DNA of 64,000 nucleotides from the human T2T-CHM13v2.0 reference genome, Homo sapiens: assembly GCF_009914755.1 (NCBI RefSeq), contig NC_060948.1; one strand, written 5' to 3'. Positions 14,001 through 28,857 of the stretch are shown one piece after another. The translations under genes were made by a program, and so were the position numbers. The notes below the pieces were generated by a model. It saw only the letters and a program-made list of their open reading frames with translations, was not told where the DNA came from and did no database searches. Every line of letters begins with the position of its first letter. The stretch's first letter is position 1.

Positions 14001-14627
14001 GGAATAGAACAGAATGGAATCAAATCGAATGAAATGGAATGGAATAGAAAGGAATGGAATGAAATGGAATGGAAAGGATTCGAATGGAATGCAATCGAAT
14101 GGAATGGAATCGAACGGAATGGAATAAAATGGAAGAAAACTGGCAAGAAATGGAATCGAAATGAATGGAGTGTTATGGAACGGACTCAAAAGGAATTGAA
14201 TGTAATAGAATGGAGTGGAGTGGACTCGAATATAATGGACTGGAATGGAATGAAATCACATGGAATGGGAACGAATGGAATGGAATGGAAAGGAATGGAA
14301 TCGAATGGAAAGGAATCGAATGGAAGGGAATGAAATTGAATCAACAGGAATGGAAGGGAATAGAATAGACGGTAATGGAATGGACTCGAATAGAATGGAC
14401 ACGAATGCTCAAATTGAATGGACTCGAATGGAATGGAAACGAAAGGAATGTCATCGAATGGAATTGAATCGATTGGAATGAAATCGCATAGAATGGAGTG
14501 GAATCAAATGGAATTGAATCGAAAGGAAAGGAAGCGAATGGACTGAAATGAAATGGAATGGAATTGAATGGAAAGTAATGCAATGGAATAGAATGGAACG
14601 AAATTTCACGGAATGGGATCAAACTGA
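11079..14627 (+). repeat. DYZ1 unit 4 (3549 bp)
   Basis: Short variable tract containing GTGAT GGGGT at 11635-11644. Confidence 0.9.
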
Positions 14628-17600
14628 ATGGAATCAAATCAATGGAATCAAATCAAATGGAATGGAAAGGAATTGAATGGAGTAGATTGGATTGGATGGG
14701 ATTGGAATGAAATGTACTGGAAAGGACTCGAATTTCATGAAACGGAATGGAATGAATTGGAACGGAATGGACTCGAATGGAATGGAATGTCATGGAATGG
14801 CATCAAATGGAATGGCATCAAATGGAATGGAATCGAATGCAATGGAATGCTATGGAATGGAATGGAATGCATTGGAATGGAATGTCCTCTAATGGAATGG
14901 ATTCGAGTGGAATGGAATCGAATATAATGGAGTCGAATGAAATGGAATTGAAAGGAATGGGATCGAATACAATGGAATATACTGGAATGTAATGTAATGA
15001 ACTCGAATGTAATTGACTGGAATGGAATGTACATGAATGGAATGTAATCGAATGGAAAGTAATCCAATGGAATAGAATCTAATGCAATAAAATCGACTCA
15101 GATAGGGTAGAATGTAATGGAAGGGAGTGCAGTGCAATGGAATGGAATGGAATGGAATGCAATTGAATGGAATGGAATGGAATGGAATGGAATGGAATGG
15201 GATGGAATGGTATGGAATGGATAGTAATGGACTGGAGTGAAATGGACTGGAAAGGAATGGACTCAAATTGAAAGGGCTCGAAAGGAATGGAGTCAAATGG
15301 AATGGTCTGGAATGGAATGAACACGAATGTAATGCAATCCAATAGAATGGAATCGAATGGCATGGAATATAAAGAAATGGAATCGGAGAGAATGGAAACA
15401 AATGGAATGGAATTGAATGGAATGGAATTGAATGGAATGGGAACGAATGGAGTGAAATTGTATGCAGTAGAAGGGAATAGAATGGAATGCAAGAGAAGGG
15501 AAAGGAATGGATTGGAATGGAATGGAATTCATTGGAATGGAAGGGAATGTAGTGTAATGGACAGGCCTGGAATAAAGTGGAATGCTACGGTCTCGAATGG
15601 AATAAAAATGTATGGAATGGAATGCAACGAAATGGAATCGAATGTCATAGAATGTAATGGAATGCAAAAAAATGGAATCCAAAATCATTGACTGGAAAGG
15701 CTGGGTGTCGAAAGGAATTGACTCCAATGGAATGGAATCGAATGGAATGGAAGTGAATAGAATCGAACTAAATCGAATGGAATGGAATTGATAGGAACGG
15801 AATGGAAAGGAATGCAATGATTTGGCATGGAATGGAATCGAATGGCATCGAATGGAATGGAATGGAATGCAATGGAATGGAATGTATTAGAATGTAATGA
15901 ACTTTAATGGAATGTACTCGAATGGATTCGACTGGAATGGAATGTTCTGGAAGTGAATGGACTCCAATGGAATGGATTCAAAAGGAATGCAATCGTACGG
16001 AATGGAATCTAATGGAATGGAATTAAATGGAAATGAATCAAATTGAATAGCACGGAATTGAATTGAATGGAATGGAATGCAATGGAATCTAATGAAACGG
16101 AAAGGAAAGGAATGGAATGGAATGGAATGGGCTGGAATGGAAAGGAATCGAAACGAATGGAATGGAATCGAACTGAAGAGACTGGAATGGAATGCACTGG
16201 AATGGAAGGGAGTGTAACGGAAGGTTCTCGAAAAAATGGAATCGAATGGAATGGAATTGAATGGAACGGAATAGAGTCGAATGGAATTGAATGGAATGGA
16301 ATGGACTAGAGTGAAATGGAATCGAACCACAAGGAATGGACAGGAATAGAATGGTCTCGAATTGAATGGAATCGTATGGAATGGCATCAAACGGAATGGA
16401 ATGGACAGCCACGGAATGGAATGCACTCGAATGCAATGGAGTCGAAACTAATGGACTGGAATAGAATGGACTCGACTGGTACGGACTCCAATGGAATGGA
16501 ATCGAATGGAAGGGAATCGAACGGAATGGACTCGAAGGGAAAAGACTGCAATGGAAAGGTCTCGAATGGAATGGAAATTAATGGAATGGAATGGAATCGA
16601 ATGAAATGGAGTCAAAAGGAATGGAATCGAATGGCAAGAAATCGAATGTAATGGAATCGCAAGGAATTGATGTGAACGGAACGGAATGGAATGGAATCCA
16701 AAGGAATGGAATAGAATGGAATGGAATCGAATGGAAAGGACTCGAATGGAAATCACTCGAATAGAATGCAATTTAATAAAATAGGATCAAATGTAATGGA
16801 ATGGAATGGAAAGGAATCGAAACGAAAGGAATGGAGACAGATGGAATGGAATGGAACAGAGAGCAATGGTATAGAATGGAATGGAATCATCTGGAATGGA
16901 ATTGAATGGAATGGAATAATATGAAATGGAATGGAATGGAATGGAATGGAATGCCCTTGAATTAAATGGACTGGAATGGAATGGACTCGAACAGAGTGGA
17001 ATGGAAAGTGTTGAGATAGAATGGAATGGACTCCTTTGGAATGGTGTAGTATGCAATGCAATCGACTGGCAGGGAATCAAAAGGAATGTAATCGAATGGA
17101 TTGGACTGGAATGCAATGGACTCGAATAGATTGGAAACGGAATGCAAAGGAATGGAATGGAATAGTATGGAATGGAATGGAAAGGAATGGAGTGGAATAG
17201 ACTAGAGTGGAATGGAATGGACTGGAAAGCAATGGACTGGAATGGAACTTTCTTGAATGGACTGGAATCAAACGGAATGGAATGCAATGCAATCAAATGG
17301 CATGGAATAAAATAGAATGAAAGAGAATCAAATGGAATTGAATCGAATGGAATCGAATGGATTGGAAAGGAATAGAATGGAATGGAATGGAATGGACTCA
17401 AATGGAATGGACTAGAATGGAATGGATTCGAATGGAAGGCAAAGGAATGGAATCTATTGGAATGGACTGTAATGGAATGGAATGGAAGGGATTGGAATGG
17501 ACTCGAATGGAATGGACTGCAATAGAAAGGATTCGAATGGAATGAAAAAGAATTGAATGGAATAGAACAGAATGGAATCAAATCGAATGAAATGGAATGG

Positions 17601-18185
17601 AATAGAAAGGAATGGAATGAAATGGAATGGAAAGGATTCGAATGGAATGCAATCGAATGGAATGGAGTCGAACGGAATGGAATAAAATGGAAGAAAACTG
17701 GCAAGAAATGGAATCGAAATGAATGGAGTGTTATGGAACGGACTCAAAAGGAATTGAATGTAATAGAATGGAGTGGAGTGGACTCGAATATAATGGACTG
17801 GAATGGAATGAAATCACATGGAATGGGAACGAATGGAATGGAATGGAAAGGAATGGAATCGAATGGAAAGGAATCGAATGGAAGGGAATGAAATTGAATC
17901 AACAGGAATGGAAGGGAATAGAATAGACGGTAATGGAATGGACTCGAATAGAATGGACACGAATGCTCAAATTGAATGGACTCGAATGGAATGGAAACGA
18001 AAGGAATGTCATCGAATGGAATTGAATCGATTGGAATGAAATCGCATAGAATGGAGTGGAATCAAATGGAATTGAATCGAAAGGAAAGGTAGCGAATGGA
18101 CTGAAATGAAATGGAATGGAATTGAATGGAAAGTAATGCAATGGAATAGAATGGAACGAAATTTCACGGAATGGAATCAAACTGA
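14628..18185 (+). repeat. DYZ1 unit 5 (3558 bp; A-type marker)
   Basis: -1 in the A-run at ~16231; AATCGGAGAG at 15381. Confidence 0.9.
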
Positions 18186-21100
18186 ATGGAATCAAATCAA
18201 TGGAATCAAATCAAATGGAATGGAAAGGAATTGAATGGAGTAGATTGGATTGGATGGGATTGGAATGAAATGTACTGGAAAGGACTCGAATTTCATGAAA
18301 CGGAATGGAATGAATTGGAACGGAATGGACTCGAATGGAATGGAATGTCATGGAATGGCATCAAATGCAATGGCATCAAATGGAATGGAATCGAATGCAA
18401 TGGAATGCTATGGAATGGAATGGAATGCATTGGAATGGAATGTCCTCTAATGGAATGGATTCGAGTGGAATGGAATCGAATATAATGGAGTCGAATGAAA
18501 TGGAATTGAAAGGAATGGGATCGAATACAATGGAATATACTGGAATGTAATGTAATGAACTCGAATGTAATTGACTGGAATGGAATGTACATGAATGGAA
18601 TGTAATCGAATGGAAAGTAATCCAATGGAATAGAATCTAATGCAATAAAATCGACTCAGATAGACTAGAATGTAATGGAATGGAGTGCAGTGCAATGGAA
18701 TGGAATGGAATGGAATGCAATGGAATGGAATGGAATGGAATGGAATGGAATGGGATGGAATGGTATGGAATGGACAGTAATGGACTGGAGTGAAATGGAC
18801 TGGAAAGGAATGGACTCAAATTGAAAGGGCTCGAAAGGAATAGAGACAAATGGAATGGTCTAGAATGGAATGAACACGAATGTAATGCAATCCAATAGAA
18901 TGGAGTCGAATGGCATGGAATATAAAGAAATGGAATCGAAGAGAATGGAAACAAATGGAATGGAATTGAATGGAATGGAATTGAATGGAATGGGAACGAA
19001 TGGAGTGAAATTGTATGCAGTAGAAGAGAATAGAATGGAATGCAAGCGAAAGGAAAGGAATGGATTGGAATGGAATGGAATTCATTGGAATGGAAGGGAA
19101 TGTAGTGTAATGGACAGGCCTGGAATAAAGTGGAATGCTACGGTCTCGAATGGAATAAAAATGTATGGAATGGAATGCAATGAAACGGAATCGAATGTCA
19201 TAGAATGTAATGGAATGCAAAAAAATGGAATCCAAAATCATTGACTGGAAAGGCTGGGTGTCGAAAGGAATTGACTCCAATGGAATGGAATCGAACGGAA
19301 TGGAAGTGAATAGAATCGAACTAAATCGAATGGAATGGAATTGATAGGAACGGAATGGAAAGGAATGCAATGATTTGGCATGGAATGGAATCGAATGGCA
19401 TCGAATGGAATGGAATGGAATGCAATGGAATGGAATGTATTAGAATGTAATGAACTTTAATGGAATGTACTCGAATGGATTCGACTGGAATGGAATGTTG
19501 TGGAAGTGAATGGACTCCAATGGAATGGATTCCAAAGGAATGGAATCGTACGGAATGGAATCTAATGGAATGGAATTAAATGGAAATGAATCAAATTGAA
19601 TAGCACGGAATTGAATTGAATGGAATGGAATGCAATGGAATCTAATGAAACGGAAAGGAAAGGAATGGAATGGAATGTAATGGGCTGGAATGGAAAGGAA
19701 TCGAAACGAATGGAATGGAATCGAACTGAAGAGACTGGAATGGAATGCACTGGAATGGAAGGGAGTGTAATGGAAGGTTCTCGAAAAAAATGGAATTGAA
19801 TGGAATGGAATTGAATGGAACGGAATAGAGTCGAATGGAATTGAATGGAATGGAATGGACTAGAGTGAAATGGAATCGAACCACAAGGAATGGACAGGAA
19901 TAGAATGGTCTCGATTTGAATGGGATCGTATGGAATGGCATCAAACGGAATGGAATGGACAGCCACGGAATGGAATGCACTCGAATGCAATGGAGTCGAA
20001 ACTAATGGACTGGAATAGAATGGACTCGACTGGTACGGACTCCAATGGAATGGAATCGAATGGAAGGGAATCGAACGGAATGGACTCGAAGGGAAAAGAC
20101 TGCAATGGAAAGGTCTCGAATGGAATGGAAATTAATGGAATGGAATGGAATCGAATGAAATGGAGTCAAAAGGAATGGAATCGAATGGCAAGAAATCGAA
20201 TGTAATAGAATCGCAAGGAATTGATGTGAACGGAACGGAATGGAATGGAATCCAAAGGAATGGAATAGAATGGAATGGAATCGAATGGAAAGGACTCGAA
20301 TGGAAATCACTCGAATAGAATGCAATTTAATAAAATAGGATCAAATGTAATGGAATGGAATGGAAAGGAATCGAAACGAAAGGAATGGAGACAGATGGAA
20401 TGAAATGGAACAGAGAGCAATGGTATAGAATGGAATGGAATCATCTGGAATGGAATTGAATGGAATGGAATAATATGAAATGGAATGGAATGGAATGGAA
20501 TGGAATGCCCTTGAATTAAATGGACTGGACTCGAACAGAGTGGAATGGAAAGTGTTGAGATAGAATGGAATGGACTCCTTTGGAATGGTGTAGTATGCAA
20601 TGCAATCGACTGGCATGGAATCAAAAGGAATGTAATGGAATGGATTGGACTGGAATGCAATGGACTCGAATAGATTGGAAACGGAATGCAAAGGAATGGA
20701 ATGGAATAGTATGGAATTTAATGGAAAGGAATGGAGTGGAATAGACTAGAGTGGAATGGAATGGACTGGAAAGCAATGGACTGGAATGGAACTTTCTTGA
20801 ATGGACTGGAATCAAACGGAATGGAATGCAATGCAATCAAATGGCATGGAATAAAATAGAATGAAAGAGAATCAAATGGAATTGAATCGAATGGAATCGA
20901 ATGGATTGGAAAGGAATAGAATGGAATGGAATGGAATTGACTCAAATGGAATGGACTAGAATGGAATGGATTCGAATGGAAGGCAAAGGAATGGAATCTA
21001 TTGGAATGGACTGAAATGGAATGGAATGGAAGGGATTGGAATGGACTCGAATGGAATGGACTGCAATAGAAAGGATTCGAATGGAATGAAAAAGAATTGA

Positions 21101-21729
21101 ATGGAATAGAACAGAATGGAATCAAATCGAATGAAATGGAATGGAATAGAAAGGAATGGAATGAAATGGAATGGAAAGGATTCGAATGGAATGCAATCGA
21201 ATGGAATGGAATCGAACGGAATGGAATAAAATGTAAGAAAACAGGCAAGAAATGGAATCGAAAGGAATGGAGTGTTATGGAACGGACTCAAAAGGAATTG
21301 AATGTAATAGAATGGAGTGGAGTGGACTCGAATATAATGGACTGGAATGGAATGAAATCACATGGAATGGGAACGAATGGAATGGAATGGAAAGGAATGC
21401 AATCGAATGGAAAGGAATCGAATGGAAGGGAATGAAATTGAATCAACAGGAATGGAAGGGAATAGAATAGACGGTAATGGAATGGACTCGAATAGAATGG
21501 ACACGAATGCTCAAATTGAATGGACTCGAATGGAATGGAAACGAAAGGAATGTCATCGAATGGAATTGAATCGATTGGAATGAAATCGCATAGAATGGAG
21601 TGGAATCAAATGGAATTGAATCGAAAGGAAAGGAAGCGAATGGACTGAAATGAAATGGAATGGAATTGAATGGAAAGTAATGCAATGGAATAGAATGGAA
21701 CGAAATTTCACGGAATGGAATCAAACTGA
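18186..21729 (+). repeat. DYZ1 unit 6 (3544 bp; 10-bp-deletion subfamily)
   Basis: -5 tract, -10 at ~20525; near-identical to unit 12. Confidence 0.9.
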
Positions 21730-24700
21730 ATGGAATCAAATCAATGGAATCCAATCAAATGGAATGGAAAGGAATTGAATGGAGTAGATTGGATTGGATG
21801 GGATTGGAATGAAATGTACTGGAAAGGACTCGAATTTCATGAAACGGAATGGAATGAATTGGAACGGAATGGACTCGAATGGAATGGAATGTCATGGAAT
21901 GGCATCAAATGGAATGGCATCAAATGGAATGGAATCGAATGCAATGGAATGCTATGGAATGGAATGGAATGCTTTGGAATGGAATGTCCTCTAATGGAAT
22001 GGATTCGAGTGGAATGGAATCGAATATAATGGAGTCGAATGAAATGGAATTGAAAGGAATGGGATCGAATACAATGGAATATACTGGAATGTAATGTAAT
22101 GAACTCGAATGTAATTGACTGGAATGGAATGTACATGAATGGAATGTAATCGAATGGAAAGTAATCCAATGGAATAGAATCTAATGCAATAAAATCGACT
22201 CAGATAGAGTAGAATGTAATGGAATGGAGTGCAGTGCAATGGAATGGAATGGAATGGAATGCAATGGAATGGAATGGAATGGAATGGAATGGAATGGAAT
22301 GGAATGGAATGGGATGGAATGGTATGGAATGGATAGTAATGGACTGGAGTGAAATGGACTGGAAAGGAATGGACTCAAATTGAAAGGGCTCGAAAGGAAT
22401 GGAATCAAATGGAATGGTCTGGAATGGAATGAACACGAATGTAATGCAATCCAATAGAATGGAATCGAATGGCATGGAATATAAAGAAATGGAATCGAAG
22501 AGAATGGAAACAAATGGAATGGAATTGAATGGAATGGAATTGAATGGAATGGGAACGAATGGAGTGAAATTGTATGCAGTAGAAGGGAATAGAATGGAAT
22601 GCAAGCGAAAGGAAAGGAATGGATTGGAATGGAATGGAATTCATTGGAATGGAGGGGAATGTAGTGTAATGGACAGGCCTGGAATAAAGTGGAATGCTAC
22701 GGTCTCGAATGGAATAAAAATGTATGGAATGGAATGCAATGAAACGGAATCGAATGTCATAGAATGTAATGGAATGCAAAAAAATGGAATCCAAAATCAT
22801 TGACTGGAAAGGCTGGGTGTCGAAAGGAATTGACTCCAATGGAATGGAATCGAATGGAGTGGAAGTGAATAGAATCGAACTAAATCGAATGGAATGGAAT
22901 TGATAGGAACGGAATGGAAAGGAATGCAATGATTTGGCACGGAATGGAATCGAATGGCATCGAATGGAATGGAATGGAATGCAATGGAATGGAACGTATT
23001 AGAATGTAATGAACTTTAATGGAATGTACTCGAATGGATTCGACTGGAATGCAATGTTCTGGAAGTGAATGGACTCCAATGGAATGGATTCAAAAGGAAT
23101 GGAATCGTACGGAATGGAATCTAATGGAATGGAATTAAATGGAAATGAATCAAATTGAATAGCACGGAATTGAATTGAATGGAATCGAATGCAATGGAAT
23201 CTAATGAAATGGAAAGGAAAGGAATGGAATGGAATGGAATGGGCTGGAATGGAAAGGAATCGAAACGAATGGAATGGAATCGAACTGAAGAGACTGGAAT
23301 GGAATGCACTGGAATGGAAGGGAGTGTAATGGAAGGTTCTCGAAAAAAATGGAATCGAATGGAATGGAATTGAATGGAACGGAATAGAGTCGAATGGAAT
23401 TGAATGGAATGGAATGGACTAGAGTGAAATGGAATCGAACCACAAGGAATGGACAGGAATAGAATGGTCTCGAATTGAATGGAATCGTATTGAATGGCAT
23501 CAAACGGAATGGAATGGACAGCCACGGAATGGAATGCACTCGAATGCAATGGAGTCGAAACTAATGGACTGGAATAGAATGGACTCGACTGGTACGGACT
23601 CCAATGGAATGGAATGGAATGGAAGGGAATCGAACGGAATGGACTCGAAGGGAAAAGACTGCAATGGAAAGGTCTCGAATGGAATGGAAATTAATGGAAT
23701 GGAATGGAATCGAATGAAATGGAGTCAAAAGGAATGGAATCGAATGGCAACAAATCGAATGTAATGGAATCGCAAGGAATTGATGTGAACGGAACGGAAT
23801 GGAATGGAATCCAAAGGAATGGAATAGAATGGAATGGAATCGAATGGAAAGGACTCGAATGGAAATCACTCGAATAGAATGCAATTTAATAAAATAGGAT
23901 CAAATGTAATGGAATGGAATGGAAAGGAATCGAAACGAAAGGAATGGAGACAGATGGAATGGAATGGAACAGAGAGCAATGGTATAGAATGGAATGGAAT
24001 CATCTGGAATGGAATTGAATGGAATGGAATAATATGAAATGGAATGGAATGGAATGGAATGGAATGCCCTTGAATTAAATGGACTGGAATGGAATGGACT
24101 CGAACAGAGTGGAATGGAAAGTGTTGAGATAGAATGGAATGGACTCCTTTGGAATGGTGTAGTATGCAATGCAATCGACTGGCAGGGAATCAAAAGGAAT
24201 GTAATCGAATGGATTGGACTGGAATGCAATGGACTCGAATAGATTGGAAACGGAATGCAAAGGAATGGAATGGAATAGTATGGAATGGAATGGAAAGGAA
24301 TGGAGTGGAATAGACTAGAGTGGAATGGAATGGACTGGAAAGCAATGGACTGGAATGGAACTTTCTTGAATGGACTAGAATCAAACGGAATGGAATGCAA
24401 TGCAATCAAATGGCATGGAATAAAATAGAATGAAAGAGAATCAAATGGAATTGAATCGAATGGAATCGAATGGATTGGAAAGGAATAGAATGGAATGGAA
24501 TGGAATTGACTCAAATGGAATGGACTAGAATGGAATGGATTCGAATGGAAGGCAAAGGAATGGAATCTATTGGAATGGACTGTAATGGAATGGAATGGAA
24601 GGGATTGGAATGGACTCGAATGGAATAGACTGCAATAGAAAGGATTCGAATGGAATGAAAAAGAATTGAATGGAATAGAACAGAATGGAATCAAATCGAA

Positions 24701-25298
24701 TGAAATGGAATGGAATAGAAAGGAATGGAATGAAATGGAATGGAAAGGATTCGAATGGAATGCAATCGAATGGAATGGAATCGAACGGAATGGAATAAAA
24801 TGGAAGAAAACTGGCAAGAAATGGAATCGAAATGAATGGAGTGTTATGGAACGGACTCAAAAGGAATTGAATGTAATAGAATGGAGTGGAGTGGACTCGA
24901 ATATAATGGACTGGAATGGAATGAAATCACATGGAATGGGAACGAATGGAATGGAATGGAAAGGAATGGAATCGAATGGAAAGGAATCGAATGGAAGGGA
25001 ATGAAATTGAATCAACAGGAATGGAAGGGAATAGAATAGACGGTAATGGAATGGACTCGAATAGAATGGACACGAATGCTCAAATTGAATGGACTCGAAT
25101 GGAATGGAAACGAAAGGAATGTCATCGAATGGAATTGAATCGATTGGAATGAAATCGCATAGAATGGAGTGGAATCAAATGGAATTGAATCGAAAGGAAA
25201 GGAAGCGAATGGACTGAAATGAAATGGAATGGAATTGAATGGAAAGTAATGCAATGGAATAGAATGGAACGAAATTTCACGGAATGGAATCAAACTGA
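21730..25298 (+). repeat. DYZ1 unit 7 (3569 bp)
   Basis: +10 tract. Confidence 0.9.
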
Positions 25299-28200
25299 AT
25301 GGAATCAAATCAATGGAATCCAATCAAATGGAATGGAAAGGAATTGAATGGAGTAGATTGGATTGGATGGGATTGGAATGAAATGTACTGGAAAGGACTC
25401 GAATTTCATGAAACGGAATGGAATGAATTGGAACGGAATGGACTCGAATGGAATGGAATGTCATGGAATGGCATCAAATGGAATGGCATCAAATGGAATG
25501 GAATCTAATGAAATGGAATGCTATGGAATGGAATGGAATGCATTGGAATGGAATGTCCTCTAATGGAATGGATTCGAGTGGAATGGAATCGAATATAATG
25601 GAGTCGAATGAAATGGAATTGAAAGGAATGGGATCGAATACAATGGAATATACTGGAATGTAATGTAATGAACTCGAATGTAATTGACTGGAATGGAATG
25701 TACATGAATGGAATGTAATCGAATGGAAAGTAATCCAATGGAATAGAATCTAATGCAATAAAATCGACTCAGATAGAGTAGAATGTAATGGAATGGAGTG
25801 CAGTGCAATGCAATGGAATGGAATGGAATGCAATGGAATGGAATGGAATGGAATGGAATGGAATGGAATGGGATGGAATGGTATGGAATGGATAGTAATG
25901 GACTGGAGTGAAATGGACTGGAAAGGAATGGACTCAAATTGAAAGGGCTCGAAAGGAATGGAGTCAAATGGAATGGTCTGGAATGGAATGAACACGAATG
26001 TAATGCAGTCCAATAGAATGGAATCGAATGGCATGGAATATAAAGAAATGGAATCGAAGAGAATGGAAACAAATGGAATGGAATTGAATGGAATGGAATT
26101 GAATGGAATGGGAACGAATGGAGTGAAATTGTATGCAGTAGAAGGGAATAGAATGGAATGCAAGCGAAAGGAAAGGAATGGATTGGAATGGAATGGAATT
26201 CATTGGAATGGAAGGGAATGTAGTGTAATGGACAGGCCTGGAATAAAGTGGAATGCTACGGTCTCGAATGGAATAAAAATGTATGGAATGGAATGCAATG
26301 AAACGGAATCGAATGTCATAGAATGTAATGGAATGCAAAAAAATGGAATCCAAAATCATTGACTGGAAAGGCTGGGTGTCGAAAGGAATTGACTCCAATG
26401 GAATGGAATCGAATGGAGTGGAAGTGAATAGAATCGAACTAAATCGAATGGAATGGAATTGATAGGAACGGAATGGAAAGGAATGCAATGATTTGGCACG
26501 GAATGGAATCGAATGGCATCGAATGGAATGGAATGGAATGCAATGGAATGGAACGTATTAGAATGTAATGAACTTTAATGGAATGTACTCGAATGGATTC
26601 GACTGGAATGGAATGTTCTGGAAGTGAATGGACTCCAATGGAATGGATTCAAAAGGAATGGAATCGTACGGAATGGAATCTAATGGAATGGAATTAAATG
26701 GAAATGAATCAAATTGAATAGCATGGAATTGAATTGAATGGAATCGAATGCAATGGAATCTAATGAAACGGAAAGGAAAGGAATGGAATGGAATGGAATG
26801 GGCTGGAATGGAAAGGAATCGAAACGAATGGAATGGAATCGAACTGAAGAGACTGGAATGGACTGCACTGGAATGGAAGGGAGTGTAATGGAAGGTTCTC
26901 GAAAAAAATGGAATCGAATGGAATGGAATTGAATGGAACGGAATAGAGTCGAATGGAATTGAATGGAATGGAATGGACTAGAGTGAAATGGAATCGAACC
27001 ACAAGGAATGGACAGGAATAGAATGGTCTCGAATTGAATGGCATCGTATGGAATGGCATCAAACGGAATGGAATGGACAGCCACGGAATGGAATGCACTC
27101 GAATGCAATGGAGTCGAAACTAATGGACTGGAATAGAATGGACTCGACTGGTACGGACTCCAATGGAATGGAATCGAATGGAAGGGAATCGAACGGAATG
27201 GACTCGAAGGGAAAAGACTGCAATGGAAAGGTCTCGAATGGAATGGAAATAAATGGAATGGAATGGAATCGAATGAAATGGAGTCAAAAGGAATGGAATC
27301 GAATGGCAAGAAATCGAATGTAATGGAATCGCAAGGAATTGATGTGAACGGAACGGAATGGAATGGAATCCAAAGGAATGGAATAGAATGGAATGGAATC
27401 GAATGGAAAGGACTCGAATGGAAATCACTCGAATAGAATGCAACTTAATAAAATAGGACCAAATGTAATGGAATGGAATGGAAAGGAATCGAAACGAAAG
27501 GAATGGAGACAGATGGAATGGAATGGAACAGAGAGCAATGGTATAGAATGGAATGGAATCATCTGGAATGGAATTGAATGGAATGGAATAATATGAAATG
27601 GAATGGAATGGAATGGAATGGAATGCCCTTGAATTAAATGGACTGGAATGGAATGGACTCGAACAGAGTGGAATGGAAAGTGTTGAGATAGAATGGAATG
27701 GACTCGTTTGGAATGGTCTAGTATGCAATGCAATCGACTGGCAGGGTATCAAAAGGAATGTAATGGAATGGATTGGACTGGAATGCAATGGACTCGAATA
27801 GATTGCAAACGGAATGCAAAGGAATGGAATGGAATAGTATGGAATGGAATGGAAAGGAATGGAGTGGAATAGACTAGAGTGGAATGGAATGGACTGGAAA
27901 GAAATGGACTGGAATGGAACTTTCTTGGATGGACTGGAATCAAACGGAATGGAATGCAATGCAATCAAATGGCATGGAATAAAATAGAATGAAAGAGAAT
28001 CAAATGGAATTGAATCGAATGGAATCGAATGGATTGGAAAGGAATAGAACGGAATGGAATGGAATTGATTCAAATGGAATGGACCAGAATGGAATGGATT
28101 CGAATGGAAGGCAAAGGAATGGAATCTATTGGAATGGACTGTAATGGAATGGAATGGAAGGGATTGGAATGGACTCGAATGGAATGGACTGCAATAGAAA

Positions 28201-28857
28201 GGATTCGAATGGAATGAAAAAGAATTGAATGGAATAGAACAGAATGGAATCTAATCGAATGAAATGGAATGGAATAGAAAGGAATGGAATGAAATGGAAT
28301 GGAAAGGATTCGAATGGAATGCAATCGAATGGAATGGAATCGAACGGAATGGAATAAAATGGAAGAAAACTGGCAAGAAATGGAATCGAAATGAATGGAG
28401 TGTTATGGAACGGACTCAAAAGGAATTGAATGTAATAGAATGGAGTGGAGTGGACTCGAATATAATGGACTGGAATGGAATGAAATCACATGGAATGGGA
28501 ACGAATGGAATGGAATGGAAAGGAATGGAATCGAATGGAAAGGAATCGAATGGAAGGGAATGAAATTGAATCAACAGGAATGGAAGGGAATAGAATAGAC
28601 GGTAATGGAATGGACTCGAATAGAATGGACACGAATGCTCAAATTGAATGGACTCGAATGGAATGGAAACGAAAGGAATGTCATCGAATGGAATTGAATC
28701 GATTGGAATGAAATCGCATAGAATGGAGTGGAATCAAATGGAATTGAATCGAAAGGAAAGGAAGCGAATGGACTGAAATGAAATGGAATGGAATTGAATG
28801 GAAAGTAATGCAATGGAATAGAATGGAACGAAATTTCACGGAATGGAATCAAACTGA
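25299..28857 (+). repeat. DYZ1 unit 8 (3559 bp)
   Basis: Baseline length; shares private variants with unit 7. Confidence 0.9.

Noticed and set aside
27120-28073. Longest ORF (317 aa, minus strand)
   Set aside because: It arises from chance point changes in unit 8 (e.g. GGATC->GGACC at ~27458) that remove a stop codon and fuse two repeat ORFs. It is not conserved in other units.
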